Assembly: GCA_951406725.2 (NCBI GenBank)
Contig: OX597815.1
Location: 66,650,001-66,714,000, forward strand
DNA length: 64,000 nt
Reading direction: 5' to 3'
From: Octopus vulgaris
Lineage: Eukaryota
The first letter of the stretch is position 1, and each line of letters begins with the position of its first letter. Positions 26,101-40,070 of the stretch are shown here, piece by piece. The position numbers and the translations under genes are program-made. A model generated the notes under the pieces. It was not told the DNA's origin, did not search any database, and was given only the letters and a program-made list of their open reading frames with translations.

Positions 26101-26707
26101 AAAAGAATATATATATATATGAACCAGGCTTTAAAAATAAGCACAGGGGACGATTTTTCCGACTAAAACCTACAATGACTAAAACAACGAAAAAATGTTT
26201 TTAATTTACATACGTGCGCGCACGCACGCACACACACACACACACACACAAACACAAACAAACAAATTCACAAACATACGAAAATTTAAGCAGCAAAATC
26301 TGCTAATGACATTTCCCTTCATTTACATCTATCGAGTGGTTAGTTGCTTATTTGTTGGTTTCCTACTTGCGAATGGTACAGCGCTTTATTGACATATTTC
26401 GTACATGTAGGTCTCTTGTAAGTATTGCTCAAGTGACCTCGCTCTATCTCTAAGTCCAAGCAACGCAAAACAATTACAACAACAACAGCAACATATAAAA
26501 CATTCTCTATGGCCTGTATTCATTTCAGGGAAATGTTAACAATTTAAATGTTCTGTTAAAAGGAAATAGAAATATTTCACTCAAGTAATTTTTATTTAAA
26601 CAAAACTAACTTAGAATTATAGTTTTCTTAATAAGATAACGCCTTTCGTAATTGAAAAATATCTCTGTAACAGGATATACATGTGAATGTGTATATAGTG
26701 TGTGTGC

Positions 26708-26746
<39 letters not shown>

Positions 26747-26840
26747 ATCCAAACAAGAAAACACAAAAAAACACAACAACGCGAGGACGTGAAACAAATA
26801 TAGTATTATTGGACGCTCGGGAAAGAAGGGAAGAAAGAGG

Positions 26841-26875
26841 GTTTAACGTTTCGAGCGGAGCTCTTCGTCGGAAAC
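26841..26875 (-). ncRNA. Minimal hammerhead-like motif (CCGACGA core), same family as 49841
   Basis: GUUU-CCGACGA-A-GAGC-UCC-GCUC-GAAA-CG-UU-AAAC. Confidence 0.5.
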
Positions 26876-27221
26876 ATAAGAGAAGGAAAGATCCAGAGAA
26901 GGGAAGACAAAGGGAAAAAATCGCCAACGGTACACACGAGGTCACATTTATATATATATATATATATATATGAAAGTAAGTATGTATACATACATACGGG
27001 TTAATAAGGCTATCATTAGTTTCATGCCGAGAGAAATTCCTCAACAATTTTCAAGCCTATCACATGGAAGACAAGTACCAACGTTCCATGTGACAAGCTT
27101 GATAACAATTGAGAAATTCTTCTCGGCATGAAGCCAATGGTAGCCTTGTTAACCCACGAATAAAGAATATTTATCCACCAAAGCCGTGGTGGGCACTCAT
27201 TTACACTGTCCGATATGTGTG

Positions 27222-27275
<54 letters not shown>

Positions 27276-27930
27276 ATAGAGAGAGAGAAAAGAGGGGAGG
27301 GAAACAGTTAAAAATCTTAGCTTCCATGCGTGTTGAATAATCGCTGTTTAAATAAAAGAAATTGATGTTTTAGTTAAACATCGATTATTCAACACGCATG
27401 GAAACTAAGTTTTTTAACTGCACTCTTCCTTCTCTCTATGTCTCCACATATATACATAACCGTCTTTGGCTCCGGTAAGTTAGAAGCATGTTGAATTGTG
27501 AACGAAAAAGCATGCTTTTTTTCTTTCTCTCTAACTATTTTGGAAAATATTTGAGTACTTTGAATTACGAATTGCTGTGGATGAATAATTTTTCTGCGAC
27601 CAAAAATTCTTCAAGCTGGTGCCCCAGTATGGCCGCAGTCCAATGACTGAAACAAGTAAAAAGATTTTTAGAAAATAAAAAAGACCGAGGGGTTATTTTT
27701 TAAAAATTCAAGAAATTTGGCTGTTATTTCTAGCATGTGGAGATACCTTCTAGCTTTAACATCATGCGCTGGTTGACAATCGTTAAAAAAATTCTGAGGT
27801 CGTTACATTCGACTAAAAATTCTTCAAGTGGTGCCCCAGCATGGCCGCAGTCTAATAACTGCAACAATTAAAAGGAGAAAAACACGAAAAAATAATCGGA
27901 AAATATAACCGTGGGGCTTTTGTCATACAC

Positions 27931-28008
<78 letters not shown>

Positions 28009-28009
<1 letters not shown>

Positions 28010-28752
28010 TAGGGTGTTCGAAAAGTAATTGAGTTTTTTCACTACTATGAAATATGAATCAACCAATCACATCAGAACCATGATCGAATGAGCGGAAACT
28101 GTCTAGAATAGTATATAATCTCTTCTGTCCAGCAGTGTGTCATTCATAGTTATTTCAGTTATTAACCCCAATGGAGGATAACTTTACGAAACATATTTGC
28201 CATTGCTTACTGAATGAGTTTCGAAAGAAAAGTACCTTTACAGAAGCAATGAAAAACATTTGTGAAGTGTATCCGGATGCAGTGAAAGCTCATACATGTC
28301 ATCTGTCATTTAAAAGGTTTAAAGATGGCAATTGTGACATATCCGACAAGTCTCGCTCTGAAAAATGACCCAATCTGAATGACGACCTTTCGAATGAAAC
28401 TATTGTATCGGATCCACGTCAAAGCACCAGAGATTTGGCGCAAAAATGTAATGTCATGTTCAACTATCCACATCCTCCATACTCACCTAACTTAGAACCT
28501 ATCGATTTCCACCTGTTCCAATCACTAGAACATTTTATAAAAGGCAAAACATTCAGAAACAGAGAAGACTTTTTCAGAGAAAAAAAATAGGTTTCTTTGC
28601 ACGTGTCATAAAAAAAGCTACTTTCCCGTTGGGTTGCAGTCGTTGAAAACGATGGCGATTACATTCTTGATTAAAACTATTCATATAAACGTACTTTACA
28701 TTCATTTTTATATTCTTTCTGATAAAACACAATTTCTTTCCAAACACCGTAA
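28009..28752 (+). mobile_element. Internally deleted mariner with both TIRs and TA TSD
   Basis: TIRs ttagggtgttcgaaaagtaattgagtttt and aaaacacaatttctttccaaacaccgtaa (24/29 match) are flanked by TA. The HTH ORF (28171-28368) jumps to HPPYSPNLEPIDFHLF and VVENDGDYILD*, so the catalytic middle is missing. Confidence 0.92.
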
Positions 28753-29837
28753 TAAATATATTTTATCTGTTTCAGTCATTAGACTGTATATATATATGTT
28801 GGCGCATCGCTTTGAAGGATATTAGTCGAACGAATTGACTCAAGTACATTTTTAAGCCTTATTCTATCGGTCTCTACCGAACTTCTAGCTTAATTAAACG
28901 TAAAACACATCAACACCGGTTGTCAGCAGGGAAGGGAAATCATAGGCACAGAGACACACGCACACGGATATACATACATACATACACACACACACACATA
29001 CATACAAACATACATACATACATGCATACATACATACATACATACATACATACATACATACATACATACATACATACATACATACATACATACATGCATG
29101 CATGCATGCATACATCATACATACATACATACATACATACATACATACATACATACATACATACATACATACATACATACATCTCCATATTTGTCGCCAG
29201 CTTTCTATCCACTTAGCCCCAAGATGTGGGCATAGAGATTATGGGCTTTGATAACGTAACCAAATTATTGCAGTTTTTGCCATCTGACCATCACCACCAA
29301 CTTCCGTTCCACTCTCGTCTCCTCCACAACTGAATCGTTTATTCTACGGGCTGACCAACTAATCGGCAGTCCTGAGTTGAAGCACATCATCTCGAATTAC
29401 ACTCCCCGCCCCTTACACACACACATCACCCCACACTCCCAATCACTCAACAATTCCTTCTTGCTACCTTTGGCCTACAATAAGATCCTTGTCCTCTTTG
29501 TCTTTTCCACCTCTACTATAACGACTTCATCATCATCAACATCATCATGATCCCCTAGATATCACTGTCTCGAGTCCTAGGACACATAGACCCGGTTGCC
29601 TAGTTCCCATGGTGTATAAGTAAACGAGATCGCAACCCTAAACCTAACTCTGAATGGGACGCCAGCCCGTCGCTTGGTTACTCATTTACAGCTGAGTAGA
29701 TTGGAGTGACTGAAATGAAGTATTTTTTCACTCAAGAACACAACCCTCCGCCAGGTCAGGGAATCGGAACTATGATTTTAGGATCGTGTGTGCAACGCCC
29801 TAACCACTAGGCCACGCGTCTTCACTACAACGGCTTC

Positions 29838-29877
29838 GGTAGTAGTAGTAGTAGCAGCAGCAGCAGTGGTGGTGGTG

Positions 29878-29924
<47 letters not shown>

Positions 29925-30090
29925 GGTGGTGGTGGTGGTGGTGGTGGTGGTGGTGGTAGTAGTAGTGGTAGTAGTAGCAGCAGCAGCAGTAGTGATAGCG
30001 GTGGTAGTAGTGGTAGTAGCAGCAGCAGCAGTAGTAGGTAGTAGTAGTAGTAGTAGTAGTAGAAGTAGTAGTAGTAGAAGTAGTAGAAGT

Positions 30091-30125
<35 letters not shown>

Positions 30126-30165
30126 TAGTAGGAGGAGGAGGAGGAGGAGGAGGAGTAGCAGTATG

Positions 30166-30221
<56 letters not shown>

Positions 30222-30233
30222 TGCAGCAGCAAC

Positions 30234-30284
<51 letters not shown>

Positions 30285-30322
30285 GGTGGTGGTGGTGGTG
30301 GGTGGTGGTGGTGGTGGTGGTG

Positions 30323-30365
<43 letters not shown>

Positions 30366-30420
30366 CAGTAGCAGTGGCTGTTGGTAGAGGGAGGGTGGTG
30401 ACGGTGGCAGCGGTGATAAT
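29838..30420. repeat. Compound trinucleotide microsatellite (GTA/GTG/GCA/GGA)n
   Basis: Direct inspection. Confidence 0.97.
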
Positions 30421-31154
30421 TACTTCCAGCTGTGTCCTTTTCTTCCGCTCGTCTCGTTTGTTACTGATCCCTTGCAACTCATCACGTGATCCCATACAGA
30501 CTTTTCTGTTAGGATGCCAGCTGCTGTCAAAGGGGATAAGCAGGGCAGTGATGGCGGAGGGTGGCGGCGGAATATACAGAAGTAATCAGAGAAGGGCCAC
30601 AAAAGAGCAGACTAATTAGAGAGAAGGGTCACAACTGAGAAAATGATTGGGTGGGGTTAGATAAGATATGCGAAGACAAAGTTTAAAAACGCAGAAAGGC
30701 TGAAGGAAATAAAAGGGATAAAAATGACAGAGAATGATAGGAAGATTGCGAGGATTAAATGATTTCTTAATAAAAGGAAGTGTTTCTTTAACAATGCACC
30801 AAGAGCTTATATTTTGAGGAAATAGGGAAATATAATTAGTGACGTTCATACCTTTCCAGAAGACATCAACAGCATATAATGAAAGGAAATGGTAGAAGCA
30901 GAATATCGAAAAGGAAACCGAATTCGCCGGAAGTTTATTTCTAAATGCAAAAAACGTATTGTTGAAAGAAGCTTTTGTTAATTGCAACAACGACCTACTA
31001 TGAATATAGATATTAACTTTCATATTTTATTTCAATCATGGAGTTGCGGCCCTGTAAGGAGCATCACATTGAAGTTTTTTGGGGTTTTTTTTGGTCGAAT
31101 GGATTGACCATATTATTTGTTTTTAAGCCTATTGGAATCTTTCGCATGGTTTAA

Positions 31155-31980
31155 GGTAAGAAGCTTGACATCATTTGAGGTAAGAAGCTTGGCATCATTT
31201 GAGGTAAGAAGCTTGCTTCCCCACCACATGGTTCCGGGTTCAGTCCCACAGCGTGACACCTTGGGCAAGTATCTTCTACGATAACCTCGGACCGATCAAA
31301 CCCTTCTGAGTGGATTTAATAGACGGAATCTGAAAGAAGCCCGTCGTGTGTGTGTCTGTGTAACTATGTTTCTCCTCCATCACCGCTTGACAACCAGTGT
31401 TGGTGTTCTTATGTCCCTGTAACTTAGCGGTTCGACAAAAAGACACTGATAGAGTACTCTTACTCATTTTACTCTTTTACTTGTTTCAGTCATTTGACTG
31501 CGGCCATGCTGGAGCACCGCCTTTAGTCGAGCAAATCGACCCCGGGACTTATTCTTTGTAAGCCCAGTACTTATTCTATCGGTATCTTTTTGCCGAACCG
31601 CTAAGTGACGGGGATGTAAACACACCAGCATCGGTTGTCAAGCGATGTTGGGGGACAAACACAGACACACAAACACATACACACACACACACACACACAC
31701 ATATATACATATAAACGACAGGCTTCTTTCAGTTTCCGTCTACCAAATCTACTCACAAGGCATTGGTCGGCCCGGGGCTATAGCAGAAGACACTTGCCCA
31801 AGATGCCACGCAGTGGGACTGAACCCGGAATCATGTGGTTGGTTAGCAAGCTACTTACCACACAGCCACTTCTGCGCCTATACGTACCAGGTTTTTTTTA
31901 AGTATTGGCGTCGATTCATTTGACTAAAAGTTCCTCAAGGCGGTGCCCCAGCATGGCTGCAGTCAAATGACTGAAACATA
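31155..31980. mobile_element. Nested SINE A: young minus copy (about 31465-31880) inside a plus copy
   Basis: The plus copy runs 31155-31460 and resumes at about 31885. Its head has a 24-bp tandem triplication (ggtaagaagcttg). Confidence 0.85.
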
Positions 31981-32824
31981 TATTCAAAAAAGAAACCAAC
32001 GCTGTCAAGCAGTAGGGGTGGTAAACACACACACATACACGCGCGCGCGCATAGAGTTTCCGCCAAACAAATCCATTTATAAGGCCTGGGGCTATAGTAG
32101 AGAATATTTGCTCACAGTGTGACTGAACCCCAAGCCACATAGTTGCATAGCGAGCTTCTTAATCACACAGGCAGTCCTGTACCTATCATTTATTCTTTTA
32201 GAGATTTCAGTGAGTGGACAGCGGTCAGTCAATTTCAGTTAATTGTGCATCGCTGGATGTGTGACGAAAGGTTTCCAGACAAAAGATACTAAAATAATAA
32301 TAATAATAATGCTAAAGTGAAGTCAGGGTGTGTATGCGTGTGAATTATTGGCAAAAATACGACCATCCCTAAATGTATACGAGAAGTTTTCTGATTTTTT
32401 GTAGAGAACTAACAAAATGTAGCATGAATTTGAACATTTGTGTTTGATATTATTTATTCGTTTTATAGTGTCAAATTGAAAGTGGAAAAATGATTGTAAG
32501 CAATCAGTATTCAAAAATTGAAATTTTGTAAAAGAAAAGAATATTCACTTGTTTCAGTCATTAGCAGGGATGCCACTGATGGCTTTTTCCACCAAGATCT
32601 GGGCTTTTTGCCGAACTGCTAAGTTATGGGGACGTAAACACAATACCGGTATTGTCCTTACCTTCAAAACGCGGAGTAGATGAAACAGGGACAACTGATG
32701 AAGGGGAATATTTTTTATATTGCATGTCTCGTTTCTCCGTTTGCTTTTTCGTTGTTCGAAAAAAAGTTCGTTTTCTATGTTTTTGTGTTTATGTTTTCGT
32801 TTCTCATGTATATATGCATATATC

Positions 32825-32902
<78 letters not shown>

Positions 32903-33328
32903 GTATGTATGTATGTATAAAAAAATACAAACTGGGACAAGAACGCAAAACATTTAGAAAACGATACAAAAAACACGAACGGGACATTCGAAGCCTTCAA
33001 TCTTCAGTCAAGAAACGGATCATCCTCGCAATTTCGGCTGATTAATCTTGAGATTGCTCCAATCTGGCCAGACCCAAGGAAAAACTAAGCTAAGCGCATT
33101 ATATATATATATATACATATAATGTATATATGAATGTATTTGTTATGTTTGTCCCAACACCGCTTGGCAACCGGTGTTGGTGTGTTTACGTCCACGTAAC
33201 TTTGCAGTTCAGCAAAAAAGAGACCGACTGAACAAGAATCAGGCTTTAAAATGACTATTGGGACCGATTTGTTGTTCGACTAAAATTCTTGAACGCAGTG
33301 CCCCAGCATGGCCGCAGTACAATGACTG

Positions 33329-33399
<71 letters not shown>

Positions 33400-34133
33400 G
33401 ACAGAGAGAGACAGAGACAGAGAGAGACAGAGACAGAGAGAGACAGAGACAGAGAGAGACAAACTGAGAAAGAGAGAGAGCAATGTAGTTTTTGATATAC
33501 AAAAAGACGAGGTAGTCACAACTGGGAAGGCTTGGATCATTGGTCTGCTCGAGCAGCATTGATCTGGGGTTAAACAACCACAACCGCAAAAGTCAAACTA
33601 AGAAAAGATAGAGATAAAAATTGTTATTACATTGTATTAACAAAATAATAAAAAGAGAACATATATTTAAATGAGGTTGTCAATAAAAATCGTTTGATAT
33701 TCAGAAATGAGGATAGCAAAAAAAAAAAAAAAAAAGAACAGTTACAGAAGAAAGATCAGAACAACCTTAAAATTCCGACAGACATTAACAGAGAGCGACC
33801 GACGTAGTGAAATTTAAAACGTGATATTAACAGAGAAAATAGATTGACATGAAAAGAGACCGTATAGATGTGATATAGGAAAACCTACAACATACCGCTA
33901 CATGTGAAGACGGAGAGATATAGAGACTAAGAGATAGATTTAGAGATTAAATGTTAAAATAGAGGCAAAGGAAATATGTATACATACATACACACACATT
34001 AAGAGGAAAATAGATATGAAGAGATAGCAAGAAACAGAAAATAGACAGAAAGACAGACAGGTGTTAAATAAGACAGACGAGACGAACGAAGACACTCGAA
34101 GTTGACGTTAGAAGACAGGCATAACAGATTGAT

Positions 34134-34168
<35 letters not shown>

Positions 34169-35756
34169 CAAGAAAGGTAGAGAGTGTATAAATATAGAAG
34201 GGAGAGCAGAAAGAGAGGAACAGAGACAGGAGAAACAAAGAGAGATCAGAAAGAATGAGAGAGGGACTAAAGAGAGATTGAGCAGAGAAAGAACGTAAGC
34301 AGAAAGAGAAAAGCAGAGAGAGGAAGTAGAAAGAGAGAGGAAGTAGAAAGAGAGAGGGATAAAACTGAGGGTGGGAAAGTAAAGAGAAAGAGCGCGAAAG
34401 AGAGAGACTGAAAACAGAGAGAGAGAGAAACAAGCTGGCCTACAAATCAGACCAAAAGATACACAGATGTTACCAGTTACAGACATGAGCGTAAGGAGAG
34501 AGAAGAGGTCAACTCATTTACTACCATTCAACAACTTCCGAATTTCACAGACACACACACACACACACAGCCACTACTACCCTATTATTTCAGCCCTCCA
34601 TCATCATTGCATTATCACGTTTCAGCTGTGACTATTCCTCTATTGTTTTCTTTATCAAACTCTCTATTGCTTTTTCTTTTTGTACCCCTTTAAGGCAGGA
34701 GAGAAAAGTATTTGAAGAACTTGGTGCCTGTTTTTTTACCATACTGAATTTCCCTAATTGGTTCTTTAAGGAAGTCATTTTAAATTTGTCATTCACATAA
34801 GTCACCTACAACATAGAACAACATCTAACTATACAGAGAACAAATATACACAAAAACAGGTGTATAATCACCTCCGTCTGTAGATGTATAATGGTTACCA
34901 AAAAACAGTTAAGACTAACTAGCTGCACTTGAAGAAGAGATAATCTCAAGAATCAAGATACTCCAAAGTTGACATGTCGCTAAGGAAAGGGACAACAGGC
35001 TTATTAAACAAGGGAGTGGTTGTGTACACATGCTTCTGGCTTAATAGCCGTCATCAGTAATTGCCTGACCTTTTCTCTAGTAGTCAATGGACTTGGACTT
35101 ATATATAAGGAAAAAAAATGAGTTGAACATATCTATGACCTTGAAAATTTTCATAGATTAAACAGATGAAATAAGAGAAACAACTCAGAGTGGCCGCTGG
35201 TATGTATCTCAATAATATAGACAATTACAGGCATGTCAGAGCTCACCGACAGATCACGTCTATCATGAAACGAAAATAATCTGAAATAAAAGATACAGGA
35301 AGAGGAGAAGCACACTATTGTCACTATGCCAATCTCCAACCCATAAAGTCGCTGCACTGTATTAACTTAGCTTTAAATATTCAGAAGACATCTACAAAAC
35401 CTCCTGGATAGCATTACAGCATCTTAAGTCAGTACCTAGATCCTTTACAGAGCGCTCGGGACTGGCAAGAAGGCAGAGCGGAGGAAGGGAAGAAAATAAC
35501 CTCAAACTGGAGTCCTGACCCAAATATTAGCAATAGAATGGACTTCCCTAAAGTGTCATGTAGTAGTGGTAATTCGGGCAGTGGATTATATTTATCAACC
35601 AAGTAGGCAATGGATGGATTTGAATTCAGAATGCAAACAGCCAGAACAAATAACGTAAGCTGTTCGGTTCGGTGTTCTCACATTTCTGCCAATTCAGCAT
35701 CCAAGATTGCCAATTCAGCATCCAAGATTGCCAATTCAGCATCCAAGATTGATGCG

Positions 35757-35877
<121 letters not shown>

Positions 35878-35910
35878 CCATTAGATATATATATATATAT
35901 ATATAGTGCC

Positions 35911-36023
35911 ATTAATAGTGCCATTAGAGTGTCGGATAGAACACCTCGCGGTATTTGTTCTAATTCACAGCGATCTGAGATCAAATCACGCCAAGGTCAC
36001 CGTTTTTTTCATCCTTTCGAGTT

Positions 36024-36077
<54 letters not shown>

Positions 36078-36189
36078 CTCGAAAGGATGAAAAAAAACGG
36101 TGACCTTGGCGTGATTTGATCTCAGATCGCTGTGAATTAGAACAAATACCGCGAGGTGTTCTATCCGACACTCTAATGGCACTATTAAT
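35911..36189. repeat. Near-perfect palindrome (about 112-bp arms) around (TA)n
   Basis: attaatagtgccattagag...cctttcgagtt (TA)n aactcgaaagg...ctctaatggcactattaat. Confidence 0.9.
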
Positions 36190-37029
36190 TCGCCACTAGA
36201 TGACTGCCACTGTAGCACTAAGCCTGAGATCTGGATTTTATTTTCCTGTCTTCACTGTAGTCACTGACAGATCCCTAATAAGTAAATGAACAGACTGAGT
36301 AGTGAAGGACACGGAGTATGTTAGAGTATCCATATTGTTTCTAATGTGAGAAACCACACTCCATATTAGAGTGATGACATGAGGGTGATCCTTAACACGG
36401 AGTATTGATTATATGGAATACATCGAGTCGTTCAACGGAGATCGCTTGTCTGGCTATAATTAACGACCAAATTGCTTCAAATTTATTAAAGGTCCACATT
36501 TGACAGTGTAGTACTAAATTACTCTAAAAAGATGGAATGTCCACGGTTAGAAAGCCTTCGATAAATTTTTCTCAATAATAGCAGAAATAACGACAGCAGT
36601 AGCAACAGCTAACTATCTACGAGCTACAAAGTTGTTTGGTCAGGACTGACAGGGGTTACTCTAGTCATAACAACCCCTAATTATATAATCTAACGTCTAT
36701 AACACCACCACCAATTCTAATGAAAGCATCTTGATAATCTATCCTTGTGATATTCCATCAAAGAACTAATTCTAACATCCCCCCACACACACACCTTGTG
36801 TCTGATTACTGTCACCAACTTGTGAAGGAAGACGAGAAATACATTTTCAATCTCGGGATCACAGCACGTGATCGGGAATCCTCATGACTCATGATGCATC
36901 ATGGCAACAATGTGCACATGACTGGCTGGTTAGATTCTGATATTCAGAACAAGGAAAAGGAAACACTTTATGTTCTATAGATAATATTCATTATCAATTG
37001 CCACAAATTGTCAAATTAAAGATACAACT

Positions 37030-37153
37030 CGAACGCTCTACATCGGAATATTTTCCACATCATAGAAATGATATAGTGCTCACGGCGGCGTTGGAGGGAA
37101 TCAAGTTTCAGCTTCTCAAGACGATCCCAATAATCGAGACTTGTCGTGCTATC

Positions 37154-37188
<35 letters not shown>

Positions 37189-37860
37189 CTCTGGGGTGCT
37201 TCAATTTTCATTATAGTTTGTTTCGTAACGGGAGACCACAGCGGACAACAGTATTCAAGGTGAGGACAGGCGAAGGTGGCGAAAAGGAAGTAGGAGCATC
37301 TTTAGACCAGAAAGTCCTGAGAACCCAGGAGCACGCCTTGCGAATCAAGTCGACTTCCTTAATGAGGGTACTCTAGTTTAAGTTGTTGCCGACATTACTC
37401 CGAGTTCCTAAGCGGTGTTTGATGCCCGAGGGAAGAGCTTAAGTACAACTTCTTTATCGAAGTGGATTAATTCGAATTTATTTTCATTTAGTAGCAATAT
37501 TGTTTTCACTCAACTTGGATAACAGCAAGCAGATCGGAGAGTGATCCGGCCTGCTCCCCTGTCGACGACCTTCAGAAGCGTGCAATCACCCGCGAAAGTT
37601 TTAATATTGCTGTATTTGACAAAGTCAATGATGTCACTGATGTAAGCAATGAAAAGGAGTGGGCCCGTACAGTGGCTTGTGGAACACCACTGATGACTCT
37701 TGCTGAGCTTCATCGAACACCATCGCTCACCATATGCTGGGTTCTGTTCACCAGAAAACATACAATCCTCTCAAATAGTTTCCCACGGACTCCAATATCG
37801 AATAGTTTCTTTAATAGGATGCTGTGGTCAACCTTGTCAGAGTCAAGATATCTGTATTTA
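37030..37860 (-). mobile_element. CR1-like LINE reverse transcriptase remnant
   Basis: DKVDHSILLKKL, GPLLFIAYISDI...IKTFAGDCTL (YADD region), PHLEYCCPLWSP and YWDRLEKLKLDSLQRRR. Interrupted by (TG)n. Confidence 0.85.
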
Positions 37861-37951
37861 AGAACTCTCCCAGAGCCTTTTGGTTGTCATCAAAGTGATG
37901 CAGTTGTGCTTTGTCTGTGCGCGTGCGCGCGTGTGTATGGGCGCGCGCGCG

Positions 37952-37998
<47 letters not shown>

Positions 37999-39013
37999 CT
38001 GTATTTCAGGATGGCCTATTTTTTTGGCCAAATAAACACACACATAAACGTATGTGTGTGTGTGTCTGTCTGCCCCTACCACTGCCTGATAATCGGTGTT
38101 GGTACATTTACGTCCCCGTCACATAATAGTTCGGCAAAGTCACCAATAGAATAAGTATCAGGCTTAGAAGAAAAGAGTAGGTCCTGGGTCGATTTGTTCG
38201 ATTGGAATCCATGGCAATGCTCCTGTATGACCGCAGTCAAATGATTGAAACAAGTAAAAGATAACAGATAAAAGATACATAGATATATGTCAGTTGCCGC
38301 AAACAAGTTACAACTCGTGTTTCACGAAGCAGAACAAGTCTAGACTTGTGTTTCTGAATATAGAACAAGTCTTGTCATGAAAGTGACACAAGAAGTGGTG
38401 GTAGTGGGAGGAGCTAATGCATACAGATGGGAAAAGCTGCAGTAGTAAGAGGGCGATTAAATGTGTTGTGCGTGTGTATTTATATATATAAGTATATACA
38501 CGCTTACGATCGCTTAAAATGTATCCACCACTCGTCTATCAATGAGCCTTTGTTGAAAATTCATTGTTGTTAATGTTGTTAGCCCAGGTCAACCATGATC
38601 AAGAAAATCTAGCATTAAAAACACACTAACCGTGACCCTCCCATCTTTTCACATAATCTAGCTAAGACTACATAGCACAGTACGTCCTTTTTATTTTTAG
38701 GGTTGCTTCGTATAAAATCCGTTATAATATATAAAACAGTGATCCCAGTGGCCCACCGTATTCACTATAACCACGCTTACAACAACAATACAAGTGATAG
38801 ACCAATACAAACACTACCAGTCTTCCCTCTCTTTCATCAGTATCCATTATTTCCTCTTCCCATCACCACTTTTCATGTCCCTTGTATGTCAAAACTTGTT
38901 CTCTATTCATAAACACAAGTCTAGACTCGTTCAGTTTTGTTGAGTGACAGACATATTGTAACTTGTTCCACCACAATTGACTGGTACATACTCAAATACA
39001 CATACATACACAC

Positions 39014-39045
<32 letters not shown>

Positions 39046-39063
39046 TATATATGTATGTGTATG

Positions 39064-39095
<32 letters not shown>

Positions 39096-39293
39096 ATGAT
39101 AAATATCAAAGTGAGTTATATACAGTAGCGGTAACACATCGTGACGTATTTTTGCCATTTCAATATGGCTAACCCCTAAGGGTGGATGCTACTGTAGTTT
39201 TTAGCCCCAGGAGGACACACTCCTCCAGCTGGCCATAGACACACTTTCTGTGTCCTGTCATTATTTGCAAAGGGAAGTCATCCTTCCCGTCTT

Positions 39294-39363
39294 CAACTTA
39301 TGATACACACGGACTCGAGTTTCGAGGTATTGACCTCTCGTCAGCGTGTGACAATCATAGTTG
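39294..39363 (-). ncRNA. Type I hammerhead ribozyme, copy 1 (core 39306-39350)
   Basis: Minus strand reads CACACG-CUGACGA-GAGGU-CAAU-ACCUC-GAAA-CUCGAG-UC^CGUGUG, with all core nucleotides and stems I, II and III. Stem I extends via UAUGAU/AUCAUA and CAAC/GUUG beyond an internal loop. Predicted cleavage is between 39312 and 39311. Confidence 0.93.
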
Positions 39364-39646
39364 TCGCCGAGAATTAGATTTCCTTCACAAATACTTATAC
39401 TTTTTCCAGCGTCCACTGTCGCTGATATTGAAAAAGTGAAATCAAACAATGATAAATATCAAAGTGAGTTATATACAGTAGCGGTAACACATCGTGACGT
39501 ATTTTTGCCATTTCAATATGGCTAACCCCTAAGGGTGGATGCTACTGTAGTTTTTAGCCCCAGGAGGACACACTCCTCCAGCTGGCCATAGACACACTTT
39601 CTGTGTCCTGTCAGTATTTGCAAAGGGAAGTCATCCTTCCCGTCTT

Positions 39647-39716
39647 CAACTTATGATACACACGGACTCGAGTTTCGAGGTATTGACCTCTCGTCAGCGT
39701 GTGACAATCATAGTTG
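39647..39716 (-). ncRNA. Type I hammerhead ribozyme, copy 2 (core 39659-39703)
   Basis: Identical to copy 1, offset 353 bp. Confidence 0.93.
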
Positions 39717-40000
39717 TCGCCGAGAATTAGATTTCCTTCACAAATACTTATACTTTTTCCAGCGTCCACTGTCGCTGATTTTGAAAAAGTGAAATCAAAC
39801 AATGATAAATATCAAAGTGAGTTATATACAGTAGCGGTAACACATCGTGACGTATTTTTGCCATTTCAATATGGCTAACCCCTAAGGGTGGATGCTACTG
39901 TAGTTTTTTAGCCCCAGGAGGACACACTCCTCCAGCTGGCCATAGACACACTTTCTGTGTCCTGTCAGTATTTGCAAAGGGAAGACATCCTTCCCGTCTT

Positions 40001-40070
40001 CAACTTATGATACACACGGACTCGAGTTTCGAGGTATTGACCTCTCGTCAGCGTGTGACAATCATAGTTG
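40001..40070 (-). ncRNA. Type I hammerhead ribozyme, copy 3 (core 40013-40057)
   Basis: Identical to copy 1, offset 707 bp. Confidence 0.93.

Noticed and set aside
29788-30619. Long poly-V/S/T/H/Y ORFs
   Set aside because: Translations of trinucleotide microsatellite.
30616-31023. Possible decayed Penelope GIY-YIG on the minus strand (KASFNNTF...SWCIVKETLP...KLCL)
   Set aside because: Similarity is too weak to call without BLASTX.
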